Source: Octopus bimaculoides (lineage: Eukaryota). Taken from it: a DNA stretch of 44,470 nt. Of the stretch, positions 37,090-44,470 are shown piece after piece. A program made the position numbers and the translations under genes. The stretch lies in the NCBI RefSeq assembly GCF_001194135.2, contig NC_068997.1, positions 8,829,609-8,874,078 of the forward strand, read 5' to 3'. Below the pieces are notes generated by a model that searched no databases, was not told the DNA's origin, and worked only from the letters and a program-made list of their open reading frames with translations. Numbering within the stretch: the first letter of the stretch is position 1; each line of letters starts with the position of its first letter.

Positions 37090-38707
37090 CATACACACAC
37101 ACACACTCTCTCTCTCTCTCTCTCTCTCGCTCCACCATGCTAATATATCACCAATACAATTTGATATCATTGTTTACACCCCCTGAGACTTGCACGATTT
37201 GAATCCAATAGTAACAATGTCTGAGGTAAATTGGTAGGGTGGAGAATGTCGGGAGTGTACACAGCTGTTCTGAGACTGAGCTCAATGCTGCCTCTGTTTG
37301 TAGCAACCAAGTTGTTAGCTCCTCTTTTTGCCACCTGTTTTCAGTCTGATGGATTTAGTGATTTAACACTGGCTCTATCAGGCTGAAATACTCTACCAGT
37401 TTTATGTCCAAACTAGCCAGATCCAACTTCTCACACCTACCCTATAATGTCAGTCTAAAAATATACATTCACATCATTGAAATTTTGAAGTTATGAGATA
37501 ATGCAGGATTAACTCAAAACAATTTGAATGAATTAGTATTGCTTTTGACAGGATAATCTGAATGCTAATGGATTAATGGTTGCCTTAGTCACAGACACAA
37601 TGCAAAGAGTGAAAGGCAGACTTCCATCTCTTGCCTAGCCTAATACCACCAATGGGTACCTTGAGTCTCTTTAATAGGGTCCACTCTGTTGCAAGCATTT
37701 GCAACGGATATCCAGTTTAAACCTTGAGTATTCAGATGACTTTGTCAAATGTAATGCTTATTTATTCACATTATAAATAAGTGTGTGTGTGTGTGTGTGT
37801 GACAGAGAGAGCATGTGTGTGTAAAGGATATGTTACTCTTAAGAGACTGTATAATTAATCATGCATTATCTTGCAGCAATTTCAATTATGTAATTGTTTA
37901 TTTTTAGAATGACATTATAGGGTAGGTGTGAGAAGTCAAATCTAGCCAGTTTGAACATGGAATAGGCTAAATATTTTGGCTGAATATGGCCTGTTTAAAT
38001 GCTAAAGGGTTGAAAGCACCTTTTAACTAAAAAGATAAAACAAAAAAAGAGGTGACACAAACCAGTGACCTCTTTTAAATGTAACCAAACAAATTACTCA
38101 ATCCCTTTAAAAGGTTAATTATTCAAGAATTGTATTTTCTTCAGCTGTGTCAGATCTGCCGTAAAGATGACAATGAAGCTGAGTTACTTCTCTGTGATGG
38201 CTGTGATAAAGGTTACCACACTTACTGCTTCAAGGTAACAAAATACATAATTCTTTTTCCATGATTACTTTTTCTCTGTTGAGCTTCATTTTACCTGTAT
38301 TTTCGAGCATACAAATCAGTGAAGTACGTAGCATAAACATGTAGTGTAAGCATTCAAACATTGTCACCATCTTTGGTCTGGAAATTGAACTTGTATGCCA
38401 GAAAATACAGTTCTTTTCTCTTCTCGTTTTAATCTAAATGTTATATTGGACATTATCTTTTATCGTTTACCCGTGTCATATGCTTATCTCTATATTTATC
38501 TGTCTTTGTCACTATAAAATGTGCATATTTATGCTTATTAATGTGACTCTTATAACATGTATGCGTTTATATGTGAACATATCTATATTTATCTATGTGA
38601 CTATATAACAGCTGTGTTTTTGTATGCATATATCTGTTCTAAATTAAAAATCAATATGATTTACTTAGATTTCTTTATCATAAATATAATACCAAAATAT
38701 AGAACGC

Positions 38708-38758
<51 letters not shown>

Positions 38759-41700
38759 TTACTAAGAAGACAAGTGACCCATTATTTCATTTCATTGTAA
38801 TAATTATATTTTCAGCCTAAAATGGAAACTATTCCTGATGGTGACTGGTACTGTTATGAATGTATTTCCAAAGTAAGCATCTTTGTGACTTCAATTTTTT
38901 TTTTTTTTTTGTGAGGGGTCGGGAGCATCCTATTGTCACAGTTGGGTAAACTCTGATTTGATAAGCCAGCACAAGCATTAAGCATGTTGGACAAAATATC
39001 TTGCAATATTTCTTCTAACTCTTTACATTCTCCATTCTAATCCGCAATCAGTTTTGTTCTCTTGCCTCCAGGGTCGATAAAAGAAATAACCTATCTAGTA
39101 CTGGCCGACAATGATATCATGTAACCCGCAGATGTCTAGATCAGTAGTTCTCAAATAAGTTTTGCTTGTGGCCCCCTTTGATCCCTATTTTACTCAAGGG
39201 GTGGGGCCCTCATAACCATTCAATGTCTAAAAAAACTCCCTATTATATTTTTTATGATTAAATATTATTAGGAATTGTATTTAAAAAAAAAATGTTTAAA
39301 TATTTTGTGTATTGTAGGAATACAAGCAATTTCTTGCAGATAAATTTTAATAACAAAATCTTATATGGGACCCCCAAGAGCCATATGGACCTTAATTGAG
39401 AACTACTGCCTAAATGTTTGGATGTGGCAAGTGTAGCAGTCAGTAGGAGTTCTTGCTGCAAGAGAAATAAAATTGACATACTGGTTTCAAATCCTGTGTG
39501 GAGCCTTTTCACATGGCGATTTTCAACAAGGGGAACTGAACCTTTTGAGTATTAAGTAACTTATTAATTAATTGAATTAAATAATTAATTTTTCAAAAAT
39601 CAACTAAAAATGTTTATTTAACCTTACTTGATCAAGCCTACAAACTGACCAATGTTCTTGCTGTGGTCAGTCCATATTTCAGATATATGTTGTGTCCCCT
39701 TTTAGATGATCGGTAATGATGTGTGTGTGTGTGGTTGATTGATTTGATTATTGTTGTTAGCAAGTCAAATGACATAGCTACTCACCTGTTGTCATTTAGC
39801 TCCAAATCCTAATTTAATGGGCCAAGACAATCTGGTTGTGACCTTCCTGACTTTTATGGGGGAGTATCTAAGACCATATAATCTGTCCTTTTGTTTTTTA
39901 AGACCATAGTGTCTGATCTGAGGGAGATTTGACTCCTTTTTCTACCATTTCATGGGACTGCATAAAGCAATGATGGACAAATTGCAGGATGCTTTGAATT
40001 GCACACTCAGCAAAAAATTACCTTGAATTTTTTTAGTAATGCCACCTGATAATGAGCTGTGTCTCATGTGGCCCACTTCTTGAAAAAGGTTGTCCTTACC
40101 TTGTGCAGACGTTCCCTGATTGGTATGGCCCTTGTGAGCCTCGGTCACACCATAAAGTTTAATTCGTCCCATGTAGGAAACTACCTGCTATAGAGTAGCT
40201 AGCATACTATCCTGGAGAGATTTGTCTCTCATCCATGTAGGAAACTACCTGCTATAGAGTAGCTAGCATACTATCCTGGAGAGATTTGTCTCTCATCCAT
40301 GTAAAAGCAAGGGATAATCACTAATCTCATGGAGTGATGCAGAAAAGAATTAACCAAGATTTTAGCTTAATCAGTAAGAATAATACCTTTTTTTTTCTTT
40401 TTTCTTCCTTTTTTAGGCTACTGGAGTCCCTTGCTGTGTTGCTTGTGGCAAGAAAAATGGAAAACTGGCAACTTGTGATGAATGCCCTCGAGCTTTTCAC
40501 ATAGATTGTTTAATTCCTCCATTGCAAAGGTAAATACTTACCAAAGAAATCTTCCTTGTCTTTCAATAAATGCCATTATTTCTAGGGAAGGTAGCAAATG
40601 GGTAGCATCATAGTGTTGAGGGGGAAAATGCTTTGTGCTATATGTTCTGAGGTCAACTTTGTTTTTTGTCCAGGGCAGGTGGGGGCAGTGAAATAATGTA
40701 GCAGTCAAAAATTGAGAGTAGTGGACCTTGCAATTACAAAACAAACTTCTCAGATATTTAATCATACTGCTCTATAACTCCAGTATATAACTCTTTTACT
40801 TGTTTCAGTCATTTGACTGTGGCCATGCTGGAGCACCGCCTATAGTCGAGCAAGTCGACCCCAAGACTTATTCTTTGTAAGCCTAGTACTTATTCTATCG
40901 GTCTCTTTTGCCGAACCACTAAGTTACGGGGGACGTAAACACACCAGCATCGGTTGTCAAGCAATGTTGGGGGGGACAAACACAGACACGCATACATGTA
41001 TATATATACATACATACAACAGGCTTCTTTCAGTTTCCGTCTACTAAATCCACTCACAAGGCTTTGGTCAGCCCGAGGCTATAGTAGAAGACACTTGCTC
41101 AAGGTGCCACGCAATGGGACTGAACCCAGAACCATGTGGTTCGTAAGCAAGCTACTTACCACACAGACACTCCTGCGCCTATAACTGGTAATTAAACTTT
41201 ATTTATTGGCCTATTGCAGAAGTGTGCAAGGCAAGTTTTGAACTCAGAATCAATAGATTCAAATATATCTCTAGCCAGGTACTTTACACATGCCAGTCCC
41301 TTCACAGCATGAAAGTGCAGAGTGGAGACCAGCATGCCAAAGACTAGACCTAACATTTCCTGTGGGTGTGTCATAAAAGACAACGAAAAGGTTTTGAGGT
41401 AGGATTTACATTCCGACCTCATAAAACCATCACTAGCAACAACTACCCCAAACAGACCCATGGGTTGGTGGGTTATTACCTGAGTGGTGCAAAGGTGTCA
41501 TCTGCCAGGAATAGTAGGGAATCACCAACAAATGGTGGATGCATGGGCAACACACTGTTACAGCACGTCTCTATATTACTACTACTACTACTACTACTAC
41601 TACAAAATGCTTTACAGTTTGACCCACTATTAAATAATATTTATTGGCTGTTTTATAGTAAGTACCATAGAATTGAGGTAGATGTCAGGTAAGTATAATA

Positions 41701-43428
41701 ATTCGAGAACAGCTTTTTAATCTATGTTGTAACTGTTCTGTAAAAGTATGCAGCTCAGTGTTTAGAATGTTCAGCTCAAGAGCTGGTTGTACAGGTTCCA
41801 GTCATTTGTTTTGGTATGGTTTCTATGCTTAGATGCCTTCCTAATGCCAACCACTTTTACAGAGTGTACTGGGTCCATTTTACGTGATGCCAGCATGGGT
41901 GCTTCTCATGTGGCGACAGCAAGGGTGTTTTATACGTGACATTAGCACAGGTGCTTTTTACATTCAAGTGGTACTAGTGGGGTTGCCAAGTGGTTTGCTA
42001 GACAAGGATGTCTCAGGTGAGAAAGAGAGAGGAACCGAAATAAGTGGCTGTGTGCCAGGTGAGGTGTTGGAATATGATAGAGGGGCAGGGATAGCTGTCT
42101 TACTACAGAGGAAATACTTGACAGCCCCAGGATGACAGGGAAGTGGGGGGGGAGAGTATAAAGGAAAAGATAGACTGGATCAGAGGGTGAGGAATGGGTT
42201 GGTGAGAGGGAAGTGACAGATATTTACTCACACATACATATCTATATATAAATGATCCCATCATTTCTTGAATATACTCATCCTATTTATTCTCTCTTCA
42301 TCAGGTTACCAAAAAAGTGGTTATGTGCATCCTGTGTGGCTGGAAAGGTAAGCATCTTGTTTCTGTTTTATCTTGGAGAAGTTGGTACAACTATAGGACC
42401 AAGTGTAGCCAGACTCTTCTTGGCAACATTGCAGTAAATCAGCGATTCTCAACCATTTCTTGTCTATGGACCCCTTTGATTCTTGTTATATTCTACTGGA
42501 CCCTAATAAACATTCAAGGTTTTAAAAAGTCCCATTATATTTTTCATCCTCATCAACGTCCTCCTTCCATGGGTTGGACGGTTGGACGGTTGGACGGGAG
42601 CTGATGGTCAGGCAGAGGGCTGCACCAGACTTCTGTGTCTGTTTTGGCACAGTTTTTACGGTTGGATGTCCTTCCAAACACCAACCAGTAAGCAGAATGG
42701 ACTTAGTGCTTTTTATGTGGCACAAGCACAGGCAAGGTTTTTACAGCTGGATGCTCTTCCGAACACCAACCACTTTGCAGTAAGGATTATTATTAGGAAT
42801 TGTATTTTAAAAAAAACCTTATTAAAATATTTTGTCTATTGTAGAACTCTAACCAACTTATTGCAGATAAATTTCAACAACAAAATCTTATGTAGATCCC
42901 TAAGGGCCATATGGAACCCCAGTTGAGAACCACTGGTCTAAACATTCAAACATTGTCCCTATTTTTCTAAATCCTGCTGCATATCACATGGAGTTTTTTT
43001 TTTTTTTTTTGCTGTCCATTTTAGTCTGAAACATTCGACCTGTGTGTCAGAAAATACACAAAGCATATTTTACATGTTCTGTTGTATTTTCCTTTTTTTT
43101 NNNNNNNNNNNNNNNNNNNNNNNNNNNNNNNNNNNNNNNNNNNNNNNNNNNNNNNNNNNNNNNNNNNNNNNNNNNNNNNNNNNNNNNNNNNNNNNNNNNN
43201 NNNNNNNNNNNNNNNNNNNNNNNNNNNNNNNNNNNNNNNNNNNNNNNNNNNNNNNNNNNNNNNNNNNNNNNNNNNNNNNNNNNNNNNNNNNNNNNNNNNN
43301 NNNNNNNNNNNNNNNNNNNNNNNNNNNNNNNNNNNNNNNNNNNNNNNNNNNNNNNTGGAAAACACCAAATCAGACGAAGAAAAGAAAAAGGAACAATTTG
43401 CTAAAGAAATGGCATGTTGCAAGTAAGT

Positions 43429-43489
<61 letters not shown>

Positions 43490-43950
43490 GGCAGTGAGCT
43501 GGCAGAATCATTAGCACGCTGGATGGAATGCTTAGTTGCACTTCACCCATTGCTACATTCTGAGTTCAAATTCTGCCGAGGTCAGCTTTACCTTTCTTTC
43601 TTTCGGGGTCGTTAAATTAAGTACCAGTTGAGTACTGGGGTTGATGTAATTGACTATCCCCCTCCCCCCAAATTTCAGGCCTTGTGCCTATAATAGAAAA
43701 GATTATTGTTGTTTTTGTTATTAAGTGTAATTAATTAATGTTTTGTTTTGTTTTTTTAATACTGATATGGTTTTTGATATTTTCTTTCATTTCTGCTTCT
43801 CTTCAGAACCATTCTTTTGGAACTGGAAAAAAACAAAAATGGTTGGCCATTTTTGCAACCTGTGAATTTAAAACAGTTTCCATCTTATAAGAAATATATA
43901 AAGAAACCAATGGATTTTAATTCAATGAAAATAAAACTCAGGGATAATCA
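13598..43950 (+). CDS. BAZ2B: BAZ2B/Toutatis-like bromodomain adjacent to zinc finger protein (partial; 22 visible exons)
   Basis: Manual splicing gives a continuous frame with every intron GT..AG and matching phases. Family motifs: [33 protein letters not shown] (DDT), [13 protein letters not shown] (WHIM1), [38 protein letters not shown] (WSD), [25 protein letters not shown]4HC3 PHD x2, [12 protein letters not shown] (bromo). Start and stop codons are outside the window. Confidence 0.96.
14006..14431 (+). repeat. 117-bp direct repeat pair (14006..14122 and 14315..14431), period 309
   Basis: two mismatches in 117 bp by direct comparison. Confidence 0.95.
14251..14325 (+). pseudogene. tRNA-like sequence / tRNA-Thr(UGU)-like pseudogene
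   Basis: Folds by eye: acceptor GGTAGTT/AGCTAGC (1 mismatch), D stem GCTT/AAGC, anticodon stem CGTGA/TCACA with loop CATGTAA, T arm GTGCG-TTCATGT-CTAC (1 nt short), TTTT at 14333..14336. Confidence 0.6.
15411..15792. mobile_element. hAT/Charlie-type MITE with perfect 8-bp TSD and an internal SINE fragment
   Basis: TSD atctagaa at 15403..15410 and 15793..15800; internal taggaattgtattt..aacaaaatctta shared with 39142 and 42440. Confidence 0.8.
16030..16505 (+). mobile_element. family C retroposon (tail ggttggcgttaggaagggcatccagc..gttaaacgatgatg; RTE-type partner suspected) with internal ~140-bp tandem module
   Basis: shared tail with 32140..32477 and 44030..44175; tgataagtgaccgagac occurs twice. 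Confidence 0.8.
16787..16852 (+). CDS. BAZ2B: exon [22 protein letters not shown] (0-0)
   Basis: tttcag|GAA ... GAA|gtaagg; 66 nt; conserved ERERRRQH motif. Confidence 0.95.
17265..17327 (+). CDS. BAZ2B: exon [21 protein letters not shown] (0-0)
   Basis: long pyrimidine tract, ttctag|GAA ... TTG|gtgtgt; 63 nt; fills the expected EKERLKQEK..ERKL segment; absent from the ORF track. Confidence 0.88.
17435..17512 (+). CDS. BAZ2B: exon [26 protein letters not shown] (0-0)
   Basis: ttttcag|AAT ... AAG|gtttgt; 78 nt. Confidence 0.94.
17960..18071 (+). CDS. BAZ2B: exon, DDT domain start [37 protein letters not shown] (0-1)
   Basis: acttag|GAA ... ATA C|gtaagt; 112 nt. Confidence 0.96.
18772..18807. 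repeat. (CTA)n microsatellite
   Basis: seen directly. Confidence 0.95.
19408..19550 (+). CDS. BAZ2B: exon, DDT domain (P)[17 protein letters not shown]...[16 protein letters not shown] (1-0)
   Basis: tttgcag|CT GAA ... GAA|gtgagg; 143 nt. Confidence 0.95.
20729..20836 (+). CDS. BAZ2B: exon [36 protein letters not shown] (0-0)
   Basis: cttttag|GCT ... GAG|gtaaaa; 108 nt. Confidence 0.94.
21063..21335 (-). mobile_element. SINE family B, diverged copy
   Basis: gaccccagt..ggcaaagttgac..atttgaactc..gatgccactaagcac. Confidence 0.75.
21356..21783 (+). mobile_element. SINE family A, full length with internal (TA/TG)n
   Basis: head, central microsatellite and tail all present. Confidence 0.9.
22071..22430 (+). 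mobile_element. 3' fragment of an RTE-clade (Rex3/Expander-like) LINE ORF
   Basis: frame [66 protein letters not shown], ending gaaaatggatggat. Confidence 0.8.
22999..23108 (+). CDS. BAZ2B: exon, WHIM1 [36 protein letters not shown] (0-2)
   Basis: cttcag|ATC ... TCA AA|gtaagt; 110 nt. Confidence 0.95.
24105..24179 (+). CDS. BAZ2B: exon (N)[24 protein letters not shown] (2-2)
   Basis: aaacag|T GAA ... AGA CG|gtaaat; 75 nt; conserved [13 protein letters not shown]. Confidence 0.95.
25380..25581 (+). CDS. BAZ2B: exon (R)[14 protein letters not shown]...[11 protein letters not shown]...SEGE, acidic linker (2-0)
   Basis: ttttcag|A TTA ... GAG|gtaaga; 202 nt. Confidence 0.93.
26794..26850 (+). 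CDS. BAZ2B: exon [19 protein letters not shown] (0-0)
   Basis: gttttag|GAG ... AGG|gtgagt; 57 nt. Confidence 0.92.
26993..27345 (-). mobile_element. SINE family A copy
   Basis: cttttacttgtttcaatc ... gggactgaacccagaacc. Confidence 0.85.
28145..29384 (+). CDS. BAZ2B: large exon: WSD N-half ([10 protein letters not shown]), acidic and S/P/N-rich disordered region, [12 protein letters not shown] motif, ends ELKPIPK (0-1)
   Basis: (ct)n-cgcag|CAA ... AAA G|gtattt; 1240 nt; coincides with ORF 28169..29452. Confidence 0.96.
29458..29880 (+). mobile_element. two tandem SINE family B copies (about 29458..29660 and 29670..29880)
   Basis: ggcgagctggctgaatcattagcacg and aaggcagtgcactggcagaatc heads. 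Confidence 0.85.
31649..31807 (+). CDS. BAZ2B: exon, WSD C-half (A)[52 protein letters not shown] (1-1)
   Basis: ttcgaaag|CT ATG ... GAC G|gtcagt; 159 nt. Confidence 0.95.
32140..32477 (+). mobile_element. family C retroposon with 67-bp tandem module (units start 32165, 32232, 32299)
   Basis: direct comparison of units; (GAT)n tail. Confidence 0.88.
33077..33294 (+). CDS. BAZ2B: exon (E)LKIQVREEF...[47 protein letters not shown] (1-0)
   Basis: aaacag|AA CTC ... AAG|gtaaga; 218 nt; 3' boundary less certain (see finding on alternative donors). Confidence 0.85.
33452..33944 (+). mobile_element. SINE family A, young copy; central (TA)n contains an N-gap
   Basis: CpG-retaining, about 90% identical to the 40793 copy by eye. 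Confidence 0.92.
34675..34853 (+). CDS. BAZ2B: exon GSKLNPKP...[26 protein letters not shown] (0-2)
   Basis: ctttag|GGA ... AAA AA|gtaagt; 179 nt. Confidence 0.95.
35310..35520 (+). CDS. BAZ2B: exon (K)IQISLSN...[40 protein letters not shown] (2-0)
   Basis: tttgcag|A ATC ... GTG|gtaatt; 211 nt; BAZ-family IAWEKS motif. Confidence 0.96.
35626..36200 (+). mobile_element. SINE family A composite interrupted by a MITE at 35691..35923
   Basis: ccactgtgtgg duplicated around the MITE. Confidence 0.8.
35691..35923. mobile_element. second copy of the same MITE, opposite orientation
   Basis: internal gagtaggcctcta / ttttaccgacccc is the reverse complement of the 8779 copy; flanks cttcgtgg / ctgtgtgg. 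Confidence 0.8.
37018..37127. repeat. compound (TA)n-(CA)n-(CT)n microsatellite
   Basis: seen directly. Confidence 0.95.
38145..38234 (+). CDS. BAZ2B: exon, PHD1 N-part [30 protein letters not shown] (0-0)
   Basis: cttcag|CTG ... AAG|gtaaca; 90 nt. Confidence 0.97.
38710..38757. repeat. (TAT)n microsatellite
   Basis: seen directly. Confidence 0.95.
38816..38872 (+). CDS. BAZ2B: exon, PHD1 C-part [19 protein letters not shown] (0-0)
   Basis: ttttcag|CCT ... AAA|gtaagc; 57 nt. Confidence 0.96.
39142..39408. mobile_element. hAT/Charlie-type MITE
   Basis: perfect TIR cagtagttctcaa / ttgagaactactg; left flank gtctagat (NTCTAGAN-type target). Confidence 0.88.
40169..40303. repeat. perfect 64-bp tandem duplication plus a 7-bp ccatgta third start
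   Basis: units start at 40169, 40233, 40297. Confidence 0.95.
40417..40529 (+). CDS. BAZ2B: exon, PHD2 N-part [37 protein letters not shown] (0-2)
   Basis: ttttag|GCT ... CAA AG|gtaaat; 113 nt. Confidence 0.95.
40793..41179 (-). mobile_element. SINE family A, full length, 7-bp TSD
   Basis: TSD tataact at 40786..40792 and 41180..41186. Confidence 0.92.
42305..42347 (+). CDS. BAZ2B: exon, PHD2 C-part (R)[14 protein letters not shown] (2-0)
   Basis: catcag|G TTA ... AAG|gtaagc; 43 nt; supplies W and the last CxxC. Confidence 0.94.
42440..42935. mobile_element. hAT/Charlie-type MITE with a family C insertion (about 42545..42780)
   Basis: cagcgattctcaacc ... gttgagaaccactg; same internal sequence as 39142. 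Confidence 0.82.
43101..43355. other. assembly gap (255 N) containing a splice acceptor and coding sequence; other gaps at 913..922, 6099..6108, 33688..33808
   Basis: pyrimidine tract on the left edge, open coding frame on the right edge. Confidence 0.9.
43356..43422 (+). CDS. BAZ2B: 3' part of exon (5' part in N-gap): [25 protein letters not shown]-bromo linker / helix Z (?-2)
   Basis: open frame from the gap edge, TGC AA|gtaagt joins in phase with 43807. Confidence 0.88.
43431..43488. repeat. (ATT)n microsatellite just after a bromodomain exon donor
   Basis: seen directly. Confidence 0.95.
43488..43705 (+). mobile_element. SINE family B inside the bromodomain intron
   Basis: aaggcagtgagctggcagaatc ... 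gaaaagattatt. Confidence 0.9.
43807..43950 (+). CDS. BAZ2B: exon, bromodomain (K)[47 protein letters not shown] (2-2)
   Basis: cttcag|A ACC ... AAT CA|gtaagt; 144 nt; WPF shelf, ZA-loop Y, PMD motif. Confidence 0.97.
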
Positions 43951-44029
43951 GTAAGTAAAAGTTTCCAATGTTATTTTTGCCATTATCACCTTGCATCTCA
44001 GGGTCACAGTTTCCCTTCTTTTTCATGTG

Positions 44030-44400
44030 TCATCATCATCATCGTTTAACGTCCGCTTTCCATGCTGGCATGGGTTGGACGATTTGACTGAGGACTGGTG
44101 AAACCGGATGGCAACACCAGGCTCCAATCTAAATTTGGCAGAGTTTCTACAGCTGGATGCCCTTCCTAACGCCTGTGTTTGTATATATTATCATCATTTA
44201 ACGTCTGCTTTCCATGCTGGAATAATTAGACAGTTTGACTGGAACCAGTAAGCAGGAGGGCTGCACCAAATTCCAATCTGACTTGGCATGCTTCCTATGG
44301 CTGCATAACCTTCCTAACACCAATCTCTGAGAGAGTAATGTGTACTTTTTACATGCCACTGGCACATGTGCCATTTATGACTATGATCGGCAATGGCCAC
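44030..44400 (-). mobile_element. two family C copies (about 44030..44175 and 44190..44400)
   Basis: (CAT)n-cgtttaacgtccgctttccatgctggcatgggttggacg; other copies near 19740, 24940, 26490, 30190, 41790, 42545. Confidence 0.85.
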
Positions 44401-44403
44401 AAC

Positions 44404-44470
<67 letters not shown>

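Larger units (their letters stand above)
8219..38013. mobile_element. about 220-bp piggyBac-type MITE family, 10 copies: 8219..8443, 11604..11820, 20376..20590, ~24597..24754, 26247..26465, ~27490..27636, 32696..32923, ~35088..35245, ~37385..37576, 37717..38013 (span covers the set)
   Basis: ends TTAA-CCCTTTAGCATT ... AATGCTAAAGGG-TTAA; shared core ttttatgttcaaactggccagat; TTAA target with CCC.. TIR is the piggyBac signature. Confidence 0.82.

Noticed and set aside
39830-40170. Unique GC-balanced segment with a 76-aa minus-strand ORF
   Set aside because: No motif, termini or splice pattern I can support; left unannotated
43021-43514. ORFs running through the 255-N gap
   Set aside because: Artefacts, except the 43082 frame after 43356, which is the real exon tail
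43807-43950. Bromodomain substitutions (FPSY and KKYI versus VPGY and KKVI as I recall human BAZ2B) as loss of function
   Set aside because: WPF, the ZA-loop Tyr and PMD are intact and the key Asn lies outside the window, so nothing can be concluded

Overview
AT-rich, repeat-dense eukaryotic DNA. The SINE/MITE families, (TA)n/(AAT)n/(CAT)n microsatellites and intron structure look like an octopus (coleoid cephalopod) draft assembly, with four N-gaps. The window carries the central and C-terminal part of one plus-strand gene, a BAZ2B/Toutatis (BAZ2/TIP5 family, ISWI-partner) chromatin reader. I hand-spliced 20 consecutive GT-AG exons (13598..42347, 3369 nt, 1123 codons, no stop) encoding an E/K/R coiled coil, DDT, WHIM1, a WSD domain split by a long disordered insert, and two PHD fingers. 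Two further exons (one starting inside the 43101..43355 gap, and 43807..43950) encode the first half of the bromodomain. The N-terminus and the last bromodomain exon lie outside the window. Introns are filled with at least five retroposon families and three MITE families, several nested or inverted. The most unusual observations are: a near-complete tRNA-Thr(UGU)-like cloverleaf in a 309-bp-period duplication; an exon with three in-frame donor sites; several stop-containing cryptic exon candidates just before or inside the DDT-coding exons; inverted-repeat hairpins next to exons (candidate ADAR/circRNA substrates); and transposon ends resembling vertebrate MER1/Charlie3 and Rex3. I found no CRISPR, rRNA or prokaryotic system, and no clearly supported novel system. 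Family names and homologue comparisons are from memory and need database confirmation.
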